Shown piece after piece: positions 23,385 to 32,376 of a stretch of 32,376 nucleotides of DNA; position 1 is the first letter of the stretch, and every line of letters begins with the position of its first letter. The notes beneath the pieces are model-generated. The model was given only the letters and a program-made list of their open reading frames with translations, was not told the DNA's origin and made no database searches. Origin of the DNA: a virus (taxonomy: Duplodnaviria; Caudoviricetes). The DNA lies in IMG/VR virus record IMGVR_UViG_3300032277_001235, positions 1 through 32,376 of that record, one strand, 5' to 3'. The position numbers and the translations under genes are program-made.

Positions 23385-26300
23385 GTGCCGTAGATTCCAT
23401 AACAATAACCAATACAGATCAAACCAATCAGATTGAGGTTACCTCTACTGACGGAATTACTGTTACCACTGTAGGCACACAGGGTCTAGCAGGACCAAGT
23501 GCAATTATGAGTCGTGGTTTAGATCAAACCACAGCAACATCAAGCAACAACGGTGCATTGCTCGTATACGATCATGGTAATGAGAAATGGACTGCTTCAA
23601 ATACAACTGCAGCACAATCTCTAACACAGTTAATCTATAACTTGCAGTTAGGAGGTAGTGGCTCTACTGTTACAACCATCCTTGACGAAGATAACATGGC
23701 TTCTAATAGTGCAACTGCTTTAGCTACACAGCAAAGCATCAAAGCCTATGTAGACAGTGAATTAACAGCAGCAGACTTAGATTTAACAGACGGAGATGGT
23801 AATAACCTTTCTATTGACCTTGATTCACAGGTTTTAGGTCTTATTGGTGGAGATGGTATTGATTCTACTATCAGCAGTACAAACTTTACTTTTGATTTAG
23901 ACTCAACAGTTGCTAGATTAACTTCAGCACAAACATTAACAAACAAAACTTTAACAAGTCCAGTTCTTAACGGCACACTTTCAGGAACAGCTTTTCTTGA
24001 TGAGGATAACTTTAGTTCTAATAGTGCCGTAGCAGTAGCATCACAACAATCTATTAAAGCTTATGTAGATGCTGCAATCACAGCTGAAGATTTAGACATC
24101 ACAGACGGAACTGAGATAGGTTCTATAGATTTAGACTCTGAAACCATGGGTATTCTCGGTGGCACAGGGCTTACTTCTAACCTAAGTGGTAATAACTTTA
24201 CCCTTGCTATAGATAGTACCATAGCAACGCTTACAGGAACGCAGACACTAACAAATAAGACACTTACTGAACCAATTATTGCAACAATAAGCAATACAGG
24301 AACAATTACTCTGCCAACATCAACAGATACATTGGTTGGTCGTGCTACAACAGACACACTTACAAACAAAACATTAACCGCACCGAAACTTAACGGTTCT
24401 ACACCTATTATTGCTACTGGAACAGAGGTTAATGTACTTGACGGAGACACCTCAGCATCAGCAGTAGTTATAGTAGACGAAGATCAAATCATTGTTAATG
24501 ATAATGGAACAATGAAACAGGTTGCTGTTACTAGGTTAGATAACTATGTATCAGGAACAACAAAGACACTTACAAACAAAACATTAACAGCACCAGTAAT
24601 TAATAGTGGTGTAATAAATACAGGATTATCAGGCACAGCTTTCTTAGACGAAGATGATATGTCATCTAACTCTGCTACAAAGGTTGCTTCACAGCAATCT
24701 ATCAAAGCTTATGTTGATTCACAGGTAACAGCACAAGACTTAGATATAACTGATGGCACAACAACCATAGCCATTGATCTTGATTCAGAAACACTCTCTT
24801 TATTAGGTAGCACAGGTATAGATGCAACAGCTAGTGGCAATGGAGTTACATTTGCCATAGACAGTACAGTTGCAACATTGGCTGATGCTCAAACTTTTAC
24901 AAATAAAACCATAGACCTTGATAACAACACCTTATCTAACATAGAAGTAGATAATTTTAAATCAGGGGTACTTGATACAGACCTAAACAGTGTTGCAGCT
25001 ACAGATACTACTATTGCATCAGCCAAAGCTATTAAAACTTATGTTGATGCCAACATTACAGCACAAGACCTAGATATTACAGACGGTTCTACAACTATTG
25101 CGATAGACCTTGATTCTGAAACATTGTCTTTGCTTGGTGGTACAGGAGTTACAGCCACAGCTTCAGGCAATGGCGTAACCTTTGCAATAGGTCAATCAGT
25201 AGGCACAGGTGATGATGTTGTATTTAACCAAGTAACAAGTGATTTAGTTGGTAATTCAAGCACAGCAACAGCATTAGAGACAGCTAGAGCAATAGCACTA
25301 TCAGGGGATGTTGTTGGTACTGCAAACTTTGATGGTACAGCAGGCATATCAATTTCCACAACGATACAAGCTAACAGCGTTGCATTAGGAACAGATACTA
25401 CTGGTTCTTATGTTTCAAGCTTAGTTGCAGGAACAGGTATCACATTAGCAAACAATAGTGGTGAAACAGCTACACCTACCATATCAATTGGTCAAGCAGT
25501 TGGTACTACTGATGATGTTGAGTTCGGAACAGTTACAGCAAGTTTAACTGGCAATGCTTCAACGGCTACTGCTTTAGCAACTGGTCGTACAATCGCCCTA
25601 GCAGGTGATGTCGTGGCTTCAGGCGTTAGTTTTGATGGAACAGGTAACATAAGCCTAACCACAACAATTCAACCAAATAGCGTGGCTCTCGCAACAGACA
25701 CTACTGGTAATTATGTATCAGGAATTAGTGGAACAGCTAATGAAATAGAAGTAACAGGTTCAGGCAGCGAAGATGCAACAGTAACAATTGGATTACCTGA
25801 CAATGTAACGATATCAGGTAATTTGACTGTTAACGGAACAACCACCACAACAGATACTAATGAACTTCATGTTACAGACCCATTAATTAAATTAGCAAAA
25901 GACAATACAGCTAATTCATTGGATATAGGTTTTTACGGTCAATACAGAGCATCAGGTTCTACCAATCAGTTTACAGGCTTATTTAGAGATCAAAACGACA
26001 GTGGCAAATACAAACTCTTTGAATTATTAGAGGTAGAGCCAACAACCACAGTCAATACAAGTGGCACTGGTTATCAATCGGCTACTTTAGTAGCAAACTT
26101 TGAGGGTAATGTTGTCGGTAATTTGACAGGAACAATACAAACAGCAGCACAAGGCAATATCACGAGTCTCGGAACTCTAACTGCTCTACAAGTAGATAAC
26201 ATTAATATTAATGGCAATACCATATCCTCAACAGCAGGCACTGATTTAAACATCACGCCATTAGCAGGACAGCAAATAGTATTAGATGGTGCAATAGAAA

Positions 26301-29300
26301 TAGATGCAGGCGTTGTAACTGGAGCAACTTCCATAACATCAACATCATTTGTTGGTGCATTAACAGGTAACGCATCAACTGCTACAACGCTTGAAACAGC
26401 AAGAACCATAGGTGGGGTATCATTCAATGGTTCAGCTAATATAGATTTAGCAGGTGTTAATACAACTGGAAACCAAGATACGACTGGAAATGCTGCTACT
26501 GCTACTGCTCTTGAAACTGCAAGAGATATAGCTTTAGCAGGAGATGTTGTAGGTTCAGCTTCTTTTGATGGCACAGGTAATATTTCTATTACTAGCACCA
26601 TTCAAGCAAATAGCGTTGCTTTAGGCACTGACACAACAGGAGACTATGTAGAAAGCCTTGTAGCAGGAACTGGTGTAACTTTATCTAATAACAGTGGTGA
26701 AGGTTCTACACCAACAGTTGCTATAGGACAAGCTGTAGCAACTAGTGATGATGTAACCTTTAACACTGTAACGGCAGATATTATAGGTAATATTAATGGT
26801 GCTACAGAGTTTAGTGCACAAGCAGGTGAAGCACTTACAAAGGGTGATGCTGTTTACATATCAGGCATATCAGGTAATACACCTATCGTGTCAAAAGCAG
26901 ATGCAGATGATTCTAATAAAATGCCTAGCTTTGGATTGGCTAAAGCAGATGCAAACCTCAACGCAAGTGTTGTAGTTATAACATTCGGCACTTTATCAGG
27001 GTTAGATACATCTAGCTTCAGCGCAGGTGATATTTTATTTATCAGCACAACCGCAGGTGGATTAACAGCTACAGCACCTACAGGTGAAACCTCTTTATTA
27101 CAAAACATAGGTATAGTACAAAGATCACACGCAAGTGCAGGTTCTATTAAAGTAGGTGGTGCAGGAAGAACAAACGCAACGCCAAACCTTAATAATGGAA
27201 AAATATTCTTAGGTAATGGGTCTAATCAAGCAGTTTCAACAACACTTGATACAAGTGTAGTACCTGAAAACACAAACCTCTATTACACCGATACAAGAGT
27301 ACAAGCTGTTTCTATTAACAATGTTGTAGAAGACACAAGTCCACAGCTAGGTGGCAATTTAGATGTCAATGGTAATGCTATAACAGGTAGCACTGTGCAA
27401 ATAAATGGTGCAGGTGGCGAACTGATGATTTCTGCTACTGAAAATGGTCCAGTAGCTTTACGATATGACAACAATCTAAAATTAACCACCAAATCTGATG
27501 GTGTGGATATTACTGGAGAACTGCAATCTGATAGTTTGGATGTAGATGGTGATGCAGATATATCAGGCGACCTAAATGTAGTTGGTAGCACAACATCTAG
27601 TTCTTTTATAGGTGATGTTACAGGTAATGCTGATACAGCAACAACCTTAGAAACTGCAAGAACTATTGGTGGTACAAGCTTTGATGGTTCAGCTAATATT
27701 AATGTTGCTTTAGCTGACACTGCAACTGCTTTAGCAACTGCTCGTACTATCGGTGGGGTTTCATTTGATGGAACAGCCAACATTGATCTAGCAGGGGTAA
27801 ACACTACAGGTAACCAAGATACAAGCGGTAATGCAGCCACAGCAACAACACTAGCTACAGCAAGAACAATTAATGGCGTAAGTTTTGACGGTAGTGCAAA
27901 CATCACAACACTAACCGCAGGAACAGGAGTATCTGTTTCAGGAACAGCAGTTTCTATAGGACAATCAGTAGCTACATCAGCAAGTCCTACTTTTGCTAAC
28001 ATGACTTTAAATGGTACTGACTCTGTGAAAGTACCAAGCGGTACGACATCACAGCGTAACGGTAGTCCAGTCAACGGTATGTTTAGGTACAACAGTACCA
28101 ATGCCGAATTTGAAGGCTATCAAGACGGTGCATGGGGAGCAATAGCAGGCGGTGGTGGGGCTTCTGCAATGGAGACTGACAACTTTACAGGTGATGGCAG
28201 TACAACAGACTTCACACTTAGTAGTTCAGTTGCAAGTGAAGATAACCTAATCGTATTTATTGAGGGTGTGTTCCAAAACAAAGCAACCTATGCAGCAAGT
28301 GGTACAACCATTGCTTTTGCAACCGCACCTGCTAACACAAGAAAGATTGTTGTATTTCATGTAAGAACTTCTATATCAGGCACAAGCATGGTGCAAGATT
28401 CATTCACAGGTAATGGGTCAACAACTGCTTATACATTAAGTGCTTTACCTAACAATGAGAACAACACATTCGTTTACATTGATGGTGTTTACCAACATAA
28501 AAATACATACAGCACTAGTGGAACAACACTAACATTTGATACTGCTCCTGCTAACTCAGCAGCGATTGAAGTAATGATGTTTGCACAGACAACCATTAAT
28601 GTGCCTGCATCCAATAGTGTAACCACAAGCACGATAGCAGACGGCAATGTAACCACAGTTAAGATCAATGATGATGCTGTAACACTAGCTAAGATGGCAG
28701 CTTTGACAAGGGGTAGCTTAATAGTTGGAGATGCTTCAGGTAATCCAAGTGCATTAGCTGCAGGTTCTGCAAACTATGTTCTTACATCAGACGGCACGGA
28801 TGTTTCATGGTCAGCTTCACAAGTAGAGGAATCACCTACATTCACAGGCAATGTTGCTGTTGGTGGAACTTTAAGCGTAACAGGGCAAAGCACACTAAGC
28901 GGTATTGCTTATCCAACATCAGATGGTACAAACGGACAGGTCTTAACAACTGATGGTGCTGGTGCTTTATCGTTCTCAACAGTAAGTGGAACTACTATTA
29001 ACAACAATGCTGACAACAGAATTATAACTGGTAGCGGTACTGCTAATACACTAGAAGGCGAAGCTAATTTTGTATTTGATGGACAAAATGCAGGAATAGG
29101 TGTTAGCACAGTTGATAACACTTCCTCTGCTTCGCATACATTGCAACTTGCTTCAGTTACAGATAATAATTGGAGCGGTAGTTTATTACTGACTTCAGCA
29201 GATGCTTCAAGCATATATTCAAGAATTGTTGCTTCAACAGATGGGCTTGATTTAGTAAATACTAAGAACACTAATATGCGATTCTTTACCAACAATGCAG

Positions 29301-30079
29301 AACGCATCAGGATTGGTAGCAATGGCTATATTGGCATGGGTACTACCACAACGGCTGTTCCACTTACAATAAATCTTGCAAGTGATATCAACTGGCGTTT
29401 TCTTGAAGGCGGATCACAAGCAAGGTTGATGGCTATTAGTGATAATGGTGGAACTTATAAAGATGTAGGCATATTAGGTCATAACACTGTTTTTTATCAG
29501 CAAGGCACACAAGCAGCTAGCATTACTAGTACTCGTGATTTATTACTTGGTAATAAAACAGCAGTAAACCAAGCAACCACCTCAGGCGTTGAAATACGAC
29601 CTACTGGCACAACCTTTAGGTCAGATTTTAGTGTGTCAAATAATGAGTTTATGATCTTAAACAATTTTGGTAGCCCTGCAGGAACTGCATCAATGCAATT
29701 CAGATATGACAGCAGTGTAAAAGGTTCTATTGGCATTACTTCAAGTGCAGTATCTTTTAACACAAGTTCTGATTATAGATTAAAAGAAAATGTAGATTAC
29801 ACATGGGATGCAACCACAAGATTAAAACAACTTAAACCTGCTAGATTTAATTGGATTTCTGATGATACCAATACTTTAGTTGATGGATTTATAGCACACG
29901 AAGTTACAAGCATTGTGCCAAATGCAGTAGAAGGAATAAAAGACGAAGTATATGACAGCGAGCATGAATTAGCAGGTGAACCCAAATATCAACAAGTAGA
30001 TCATTCAAAACTTGTACCACTACTTGTAAAAACCATACAAGAACTAGAAGCAAGAATCACAACACTGGAGAACGCATAA
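23381..30079 (+). CDS. Giant repeat-rich fibre/adhesin (2232 aa) with C-terminal peptidase S74 intramolecular chaperone
   Basis: T/G/A/S/D-rich with several internal repeat families; ends TSSDYRLKEN...LKP.RF.W...GFIAHEV...VDHSKLVPLLVKTIQELEARI. Confidence 0.88.
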   Translation: MSAVDSITITNTDQTNQIEVTSTDGITVTTVGTQGLAGPSAIMSRGLDQTTATSSNNGALLVYDHGNEKWTASNTTAAQSLTQLIYNLQLGGSGSTVTTILDEDNMASNSATALATQQSIKAYVDSELTAADLDLTDGDGNNLSIDLDSQVLGLIGGDGIDSTISSTNFTFDLDSTVARLTSAQTLTNKTLTSPVLNGTLSGTAFLDEDNFSSNSAVAVASQQSIKAYVDAAITAEDLDITDGTEIGSIDLDSETMGILGGTGLTSNLSGNNFTLAIDSTIATLTGTQTLTNKTLTEPIIATISNTGTITLPTSTDTLVGRATTDTLTNKTLTAPKLNGSTPIIATGTEVNVLDGDTSASAVVIVDEDQIIVNDNGTMKQVAVTRLDNYVSGTTKTLTNKTLTAPVINSGVINTGLSGTAFLDEDDMSSNSATKVASQQSIKAYVDSQVTAQDLDITDGTTTIAIDLDSETLSLLGSTGIDATASGNGVTFAIDSTVATLADAQTFTNKTIDLDNNTLSNIEVDNFKSGVLDTDLNSVAATDTTIASAKAIKTYVDANITAQDLDITDGSTTIAIDLDSETLSLLGGTGVTATASGNGVTFAIGQSVGTGDDVVFNQVTSDLVGNSSTATALETARAIALSGDVVGTANFDGTAGISISTTIQANSVALGTDTTGSYVSSLVAGTGITLANNSGETATPTISIGQAVGTTDDVEFGTVTASLTGNASTATALATGRTIALAGDVVASGVSFDGTGNISLTTTIQPNSVALATDTTGNYVSGISGTANEIEVTGSGSEDATVTIGLPDNVTISGNLTVNGTTTTTDTNELHVTDPLIKLAKDNTANSLDIGFYGQYRASGSTNQFTGLFRDQNDSGKYKLFELLEVEPTTTVNTSGTGYQSATLVANFEGNVVGNLTGTIQTAAQGNITSLGTLTALQVDNININGNTISSTAGTDLNITPLAGQQIVLDGAIEIDAGVVTGATSITSTSFVGALTGNASTATTLETARTIGGVSFNGSANIDLAGVNTTGNQDTTGNAATATALETARDIALAGDVVGSASFDGTGNISITSTIQANSVALGTDTTGDYVESLVAGTGVTLSNNSGEGSTPTVAIGQAVATSDDVTFNTVTADIIGNINGATEFSAQAGEALTKGDAVYISGISGNTPIVSKADADDSNKMPSFGLAKADANLNASVVVITFGTLSGLDTSSFSAGDILFISTTAGGLTATAPTGETSLLQNIGIVQRSHASAGSIKVGGAGRTNATPNLNNGKIFLGNGSNQAVSTTLDTSVVPENTNLYYTDTRVQAVSINNVVEDTSPQLGGNLDVNGNAITGSTVQINGAGGELMISATENGPVALRYDNNLKLTTKSDGVDITGELQSDSLDVDGDADISGDLNVVGSTTSSSFIGDVTGNADTATTLETARTIGGTSFDGSANINVALADTATALATARTIGGVSFDGTANIDLAGVNTTGNQDTSGNAATATTLATARTINGVSFDGSANITTLTAGTGVSVSGTAVSIGQSVATSASPTFANMTLNGTDSVKVPSGTTSQRNGSPVNGMFRYNSTNAEFEGYQDGAWGAIAGGGGASAMETDNFTGDGSTTDFTLSSSVASEDNLIVFIEGVFQNKATYAASGTTIAFATAPANTRKIVVFHVRTSISGTSMVQDSFTGNGSTTAYTLSALPNNENNTFVYIDGVYQHKNTYSTSGTTLTFDTAPANSAAIEVMMFAQTTINVPASNSVTTSTIADGNVTTVKINDDAVTLAKMAALTRGSLIVGDASGNPSALAAGSANYVLTSDGTDVSWSASQVEESPTFTGNVAVGGTLSVTGQSTLSGIAYPTSDGTNGQVLTTDGAGALSFSTVSGTTINNNADNRIITGSGTANTLEGEANFVFDGQNAGIGVSTVDNTSSASHTLQLASVTDNNWSGSLLLTSADASSIYSRIVASTDGLDLVNTKNTNMRFFTNNAERIRIGSNGYIGMGTTTTAVPLTINLASDINWRFLEGGSQARLMAISDNGGTYKDVGILGHNTVFYQQGTQAASITSTRDLLLGNKTAVNQATTSGVEIRPTGTTFRSDFSVSNNEFMILNNFGSPAGTASMQFRYDSSVKGSIGITSSAVSFNTSSDYRLKENVDYTWDATTRLKQLKPARFNWISDDTNTLVDGFIAHEVTSIVPNAVEGIKDEVYDSEHELAGEPKYQQVDHSKLVPLLVKTIQELEARITTLENA

Positions 30080-30080
30080 G

Positions 30081-31241
30081 ATGGCAAACACCAAGATCAC
30101 ATCAAGAGTTATAGCAGATGATGCGGTAACCAGTTCAGCTATTGCTGATGATGCAGTAACCAGTGCTACTATTGCGGATGATGCGGTTGGTGCAGATCAA
30201 TTAGCTTCTAATGCCGTTGTTACAGCTTCTATAGCAGATGATGCGATAACCTCTGCCAAGATTGCAGACAATCCTGCATTTAGCGGTAATGAATCTATAA
30301 CTATTCCTTTAGGTACAACAGCACAAAGACCAACAGGTGCAGTTGGCATGGTTCGTTACAACACCACTGAGTCAGAATATGAGGTATATAAAGGCAGCGA
30401 ATGGCAAACACTTGACACAATAGCTTATTCATATTCAGCCGATTTTCTTGTAATAGCTGGTGGCGGTGGCGGTGGTTCTGATGGTTCTACTTCTGGTCGT
30501 TATGGCGGTGGTGGGGGTGGTGCTGGCGGTTACAGAACATCTGCTGGAACATCTGGTGGCGGTGCTAGTGCTGAAACAGCATTAACCCTTACAACAGGAA
30601 CTACATACACCATTACTGTTGGAGCAGGTGGTGCTGGGGGTCAATTTTCTTCTGACAGTCTTACGGATGGCATTGCAGGAAGTAATAGCAGTATTGACAG
30701 TACCATTGTATCGCTTGGTGGTGGAGGTGGTGCTGGTGCATATGCTGCTGCAACATCTGGCGGTTCTGGCGGTGGTGGTGCTGAAGGTGGTGGCGGTCAA
30801 GCAGGAACATCTGGGCAGGGATATGCTGGTGCTGATAGAACAGGAAATGATGTAAATGGTGGCGGTGGAGGTGCAGGTGCTGTTGGAACTGCATCAAATG
30901 GTGGAAATGGTGTGGCTTCATCTATTACAGGTTCTTCCGTTACAAGAGCAGGTGGCGGTGGTGGTGCGGAATTTGGAACAGGTGGAACTGGTGGCGGTGG
31001 AGATTCTGATCAGGGTGATGATGGAGCTTCAGGAGGCGCAGGAACAGTCAACACTGGCGGCGGCGGTGGAGCTAGTCATAATAATAATACTAATGGCGGT
31101 GGTGCTGGTGGTTCAGGAGTGGTTATAATTTCTATACCCTCAGAACATTACACAGGAACAATAAGTGGCTCACCAACAGTTACCACAAGCGGTTCAAACA
31201 CTATATTGACTTACAATTCGTCAGGAACTTATACAGCATAA
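30081..31241 (+). CDS. Glycine-rich virion-associated protein
   Basis: IADDAVT decapeptide repeats, GTTAQRP..G.VRYN module, FLVIAGGGGGG...GGSGVVII Gly-rich domain. Confidence 0.85.
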   Translation: MANTKITSRVIADDAVTSSAIADDAVTSATIADDAVGADQLASNAVVTASIADDAITSAKIADNPAFSGNESITIPLGTTAQRPTGAVGMVRYNTTESEYEVYKGSEWQTLDTIAYSYSADFLVIAGGGGGGSDGSTSGRYGGGGGGAGGYRTSAGTSGGGASAETALTLTTGTTYTITVGAGGAGGQFSSDSLTDGIAGSNSSIDSTIVSLGGGGGAGAYAAATSGGSGGGGAEGGGGQAGTSGQGYAGADRTGNDVNGGGGGAGAVGTASNGGNGVASSITGSSVTRAGGGGGAEFGTGGTGGGGDSDQGDDGASGGAGTVNTGGGGGASHNNNTNGGGAGGSGVVIISIPSEHYTGTISGSPTVTTSGSNTILTYNSSGTYTA

Positions 31242-31251
31242 AGGAAAAAAT

Positions 31252-31599
31252 ATGGCACATTTTGCAAAAGTAAATAACGGAATAGTAGAAAAGGTAATTG
31301 TTGCAGAAGAAAGTTTTTTTGATACTTTTGTTGATGATTCTGCTGGTGAGTGGATTCAGACCTCATACAATACAAAAGCTGGAGTTCATCATGATGGTGG
31401 AACACCACTGAGAAAAAATTATGCAGGCATTGGATATACCTATGACAAAACAAGAGATGCTTTCATTCCACCAAAGCAATATGAATCATGGGCATTAAAC
31501 GAAGATACTTGCCTATGGGAATGCCCAGTTGCATATCCTGATGATGGTAATATGTATATTTGGAACGAAACAGATAAACAATGGGACGAGGTTAGTTAA
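31252..31599 (+). CDS. Conserved-type phage protein (MAHFA...WIQTSYN...RKNYAGIGYTYD...DAFIPP)
   Basis: AAGGA SD; motif set that I recognise next to Gly-rich fibre genes in aquatic phages. Confidence 0.8.
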   Translation: MAHFAKVNNGIVEKVIVAEESFFDTFVDDSAGEWIQTSYNTKAGVHHDGGTPLRKNYAGIGYTYDKTRDAFIPPKQYESWALNEDTCLWECPVAYPDDGNMYIWNETDKQWDEVS

Positions 31600-32376
31600 T
31601 GGCAAACACAGTAATACCAAGTGAACTTTTAGCAGACGATTCAGTCACGCTAGATAAAATGGCAGGTCTTGCTAGGGGCAAGATCATATACGGAGATGCT
31701 TCAGGCAATCCTGCAGCACTTGCGTTAGGAACTAGTGGTCAGGTATTAAAAAGTGATGGCACGGACATAGCGTGGGCTACAGATGCAGCAGGAACGATTA
31801 CAAGCGTAACCAACTTCACCGATAACAGGGTCATAACATCAAGCGGTAGCACCACTTTAAATGGTGAAGCAAACCTAACTTTTGATGGTTCTACATTAGA
31901 TGTAACAGGAACAATAACTACTGATGGTCCTGTAAGTATAAATAGTGCATCAGGTTATGGGAACATTGAAATAGGTGGTGCAAGTGGTGGATTTATTGAT
32001 TTTAAAACTCCTTTTGCCGATGACTATGATGCAAGAATTATATATGGTGGAAGTAATTTTTCAATTACAACTAATGCTGACCAACCAATACTACTTAAAC
32101 ACAATAATTCTACTGTTTTAACTACATCTTCAACAGGTGTAGACGTAACAGGTGAAGTAACTACTGATGGTCTTACAAGTTCAAGCACTATACTAGTACA
32201 AGAAAGTGATTCAACTACAAGAGCTATAAGACTTACTTCAGATGCAAACGAAGGCTTTTTACAAGTCTATAAAGATGGAGTTCAAAAAGTACAAATCAGA
32301 GCTGATGGCAATAATTTTATTATTGATAACAATTTTGGTTTAGGTACAAGCACACCATCTGCAACCCTAGATGTTG
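31599..32376 (+). CDS. Second fibre-like protein (3'-partial)
   Basis: TAATG overlap; no stop in the ORF track before the window end; begins MANTVIPSELLADDSVTLDKMAGLARGKIIYGDASGNP..., paralogous to part of the giant fibre. Confidence 0.82.
   Translation, partial: MANTVIPSELLADDSVTLDKMAGLARGKIIYGDASGNPAALALGTSGQVLKSDGTDIAWATDAAGTITSVTNFTDNRVITSSGSTTLNGEANLTFDGSTLDVTGTITTDGPVSINSASGYGNIEIGGASGGFIDFKTPFADDYDARIIYGGSNFSITTNADQPILLKHNNSTVLTTSSTGVDVTGEVTTDGLTSSSTILVQESDSTTRAIRLTSDANEGFLQVYKDGVQKVQIRADGNNFIIDNNFGLGTSTPSATLDV

Noticed and set aside
21032-29985. Long antisense ORFs (e.g. 21032..21697, 26074..26601, 27283..28101)
   Set aside because: Mirror frames of strongly biased structural genes; no recognisable motifs.
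30661-30921. His/Gln-rich minus-strand ORF
   Set aside because: Antisense shadow of the GGT/GCT-rich codons of the Gly-rich gene.
28670-32376. Diversity-generating retroelement TR/VR pair
   Set aside because: Similarity is at the protein level, without an obvious adenine-specific mismatch pattern; no reverse transcriptase in the window.

Overview
AT-rich, gene-dense segment of a tailed dsDNA phage with an HK97-type head. The host is probably a Gram-negative, marine-type proteobacterium (spanin pair, AGGAG ribosome-binding sites); this is an inference. Order: (i) 3' end of a membrane-anchored class III adenylyl cyclase and a lysis cassette (i-/o-spanin, holin candidate, SNase nuclease, GH24 endolysin); (ii) a leftward early/recombination arm (2OG-Fe(II) oxygenase, a chain of tiny coupled membrane peptides, YodL-like, DUF968-like nuclease, SSB-like, Rad52/Sak-like annealase, PD-(D/E)XK nuclease); (iii) a rightward Cro-like / cytidylyltransferase / ParB-N / GREB1(TAGT)-like glycosyltransferase operon, a candidate DNA-hypermodification system; (iv) leftward replication genes (HTH initiator, Twinkle/T7-gp4-like primase-helicase); (v) terminase, an extended portal and MuF, interrupted by an antisense early island headed by a stand-alone ArdC-N-like gene; (vi) protease, major capsid, decoration protein, a 2232-aa repeat-built fibre with an S74 chaperone and further fibre-like genes. 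Four copies of a ~75-bp promoter/leader module resembling T4 early promoters (TATTCCAAAAA(A/G)GGTTTAC-N17/18-TANNAT...TTAA(T/C)TAAAC..SD-TAAAATG) head four of the leftward gene clusters. The same box recurs inside two other promoters. No tRNA, rRNA, CRISPR array, integrase or reverse transcriptase was seen. Family names come from motif recognition, not database searches.
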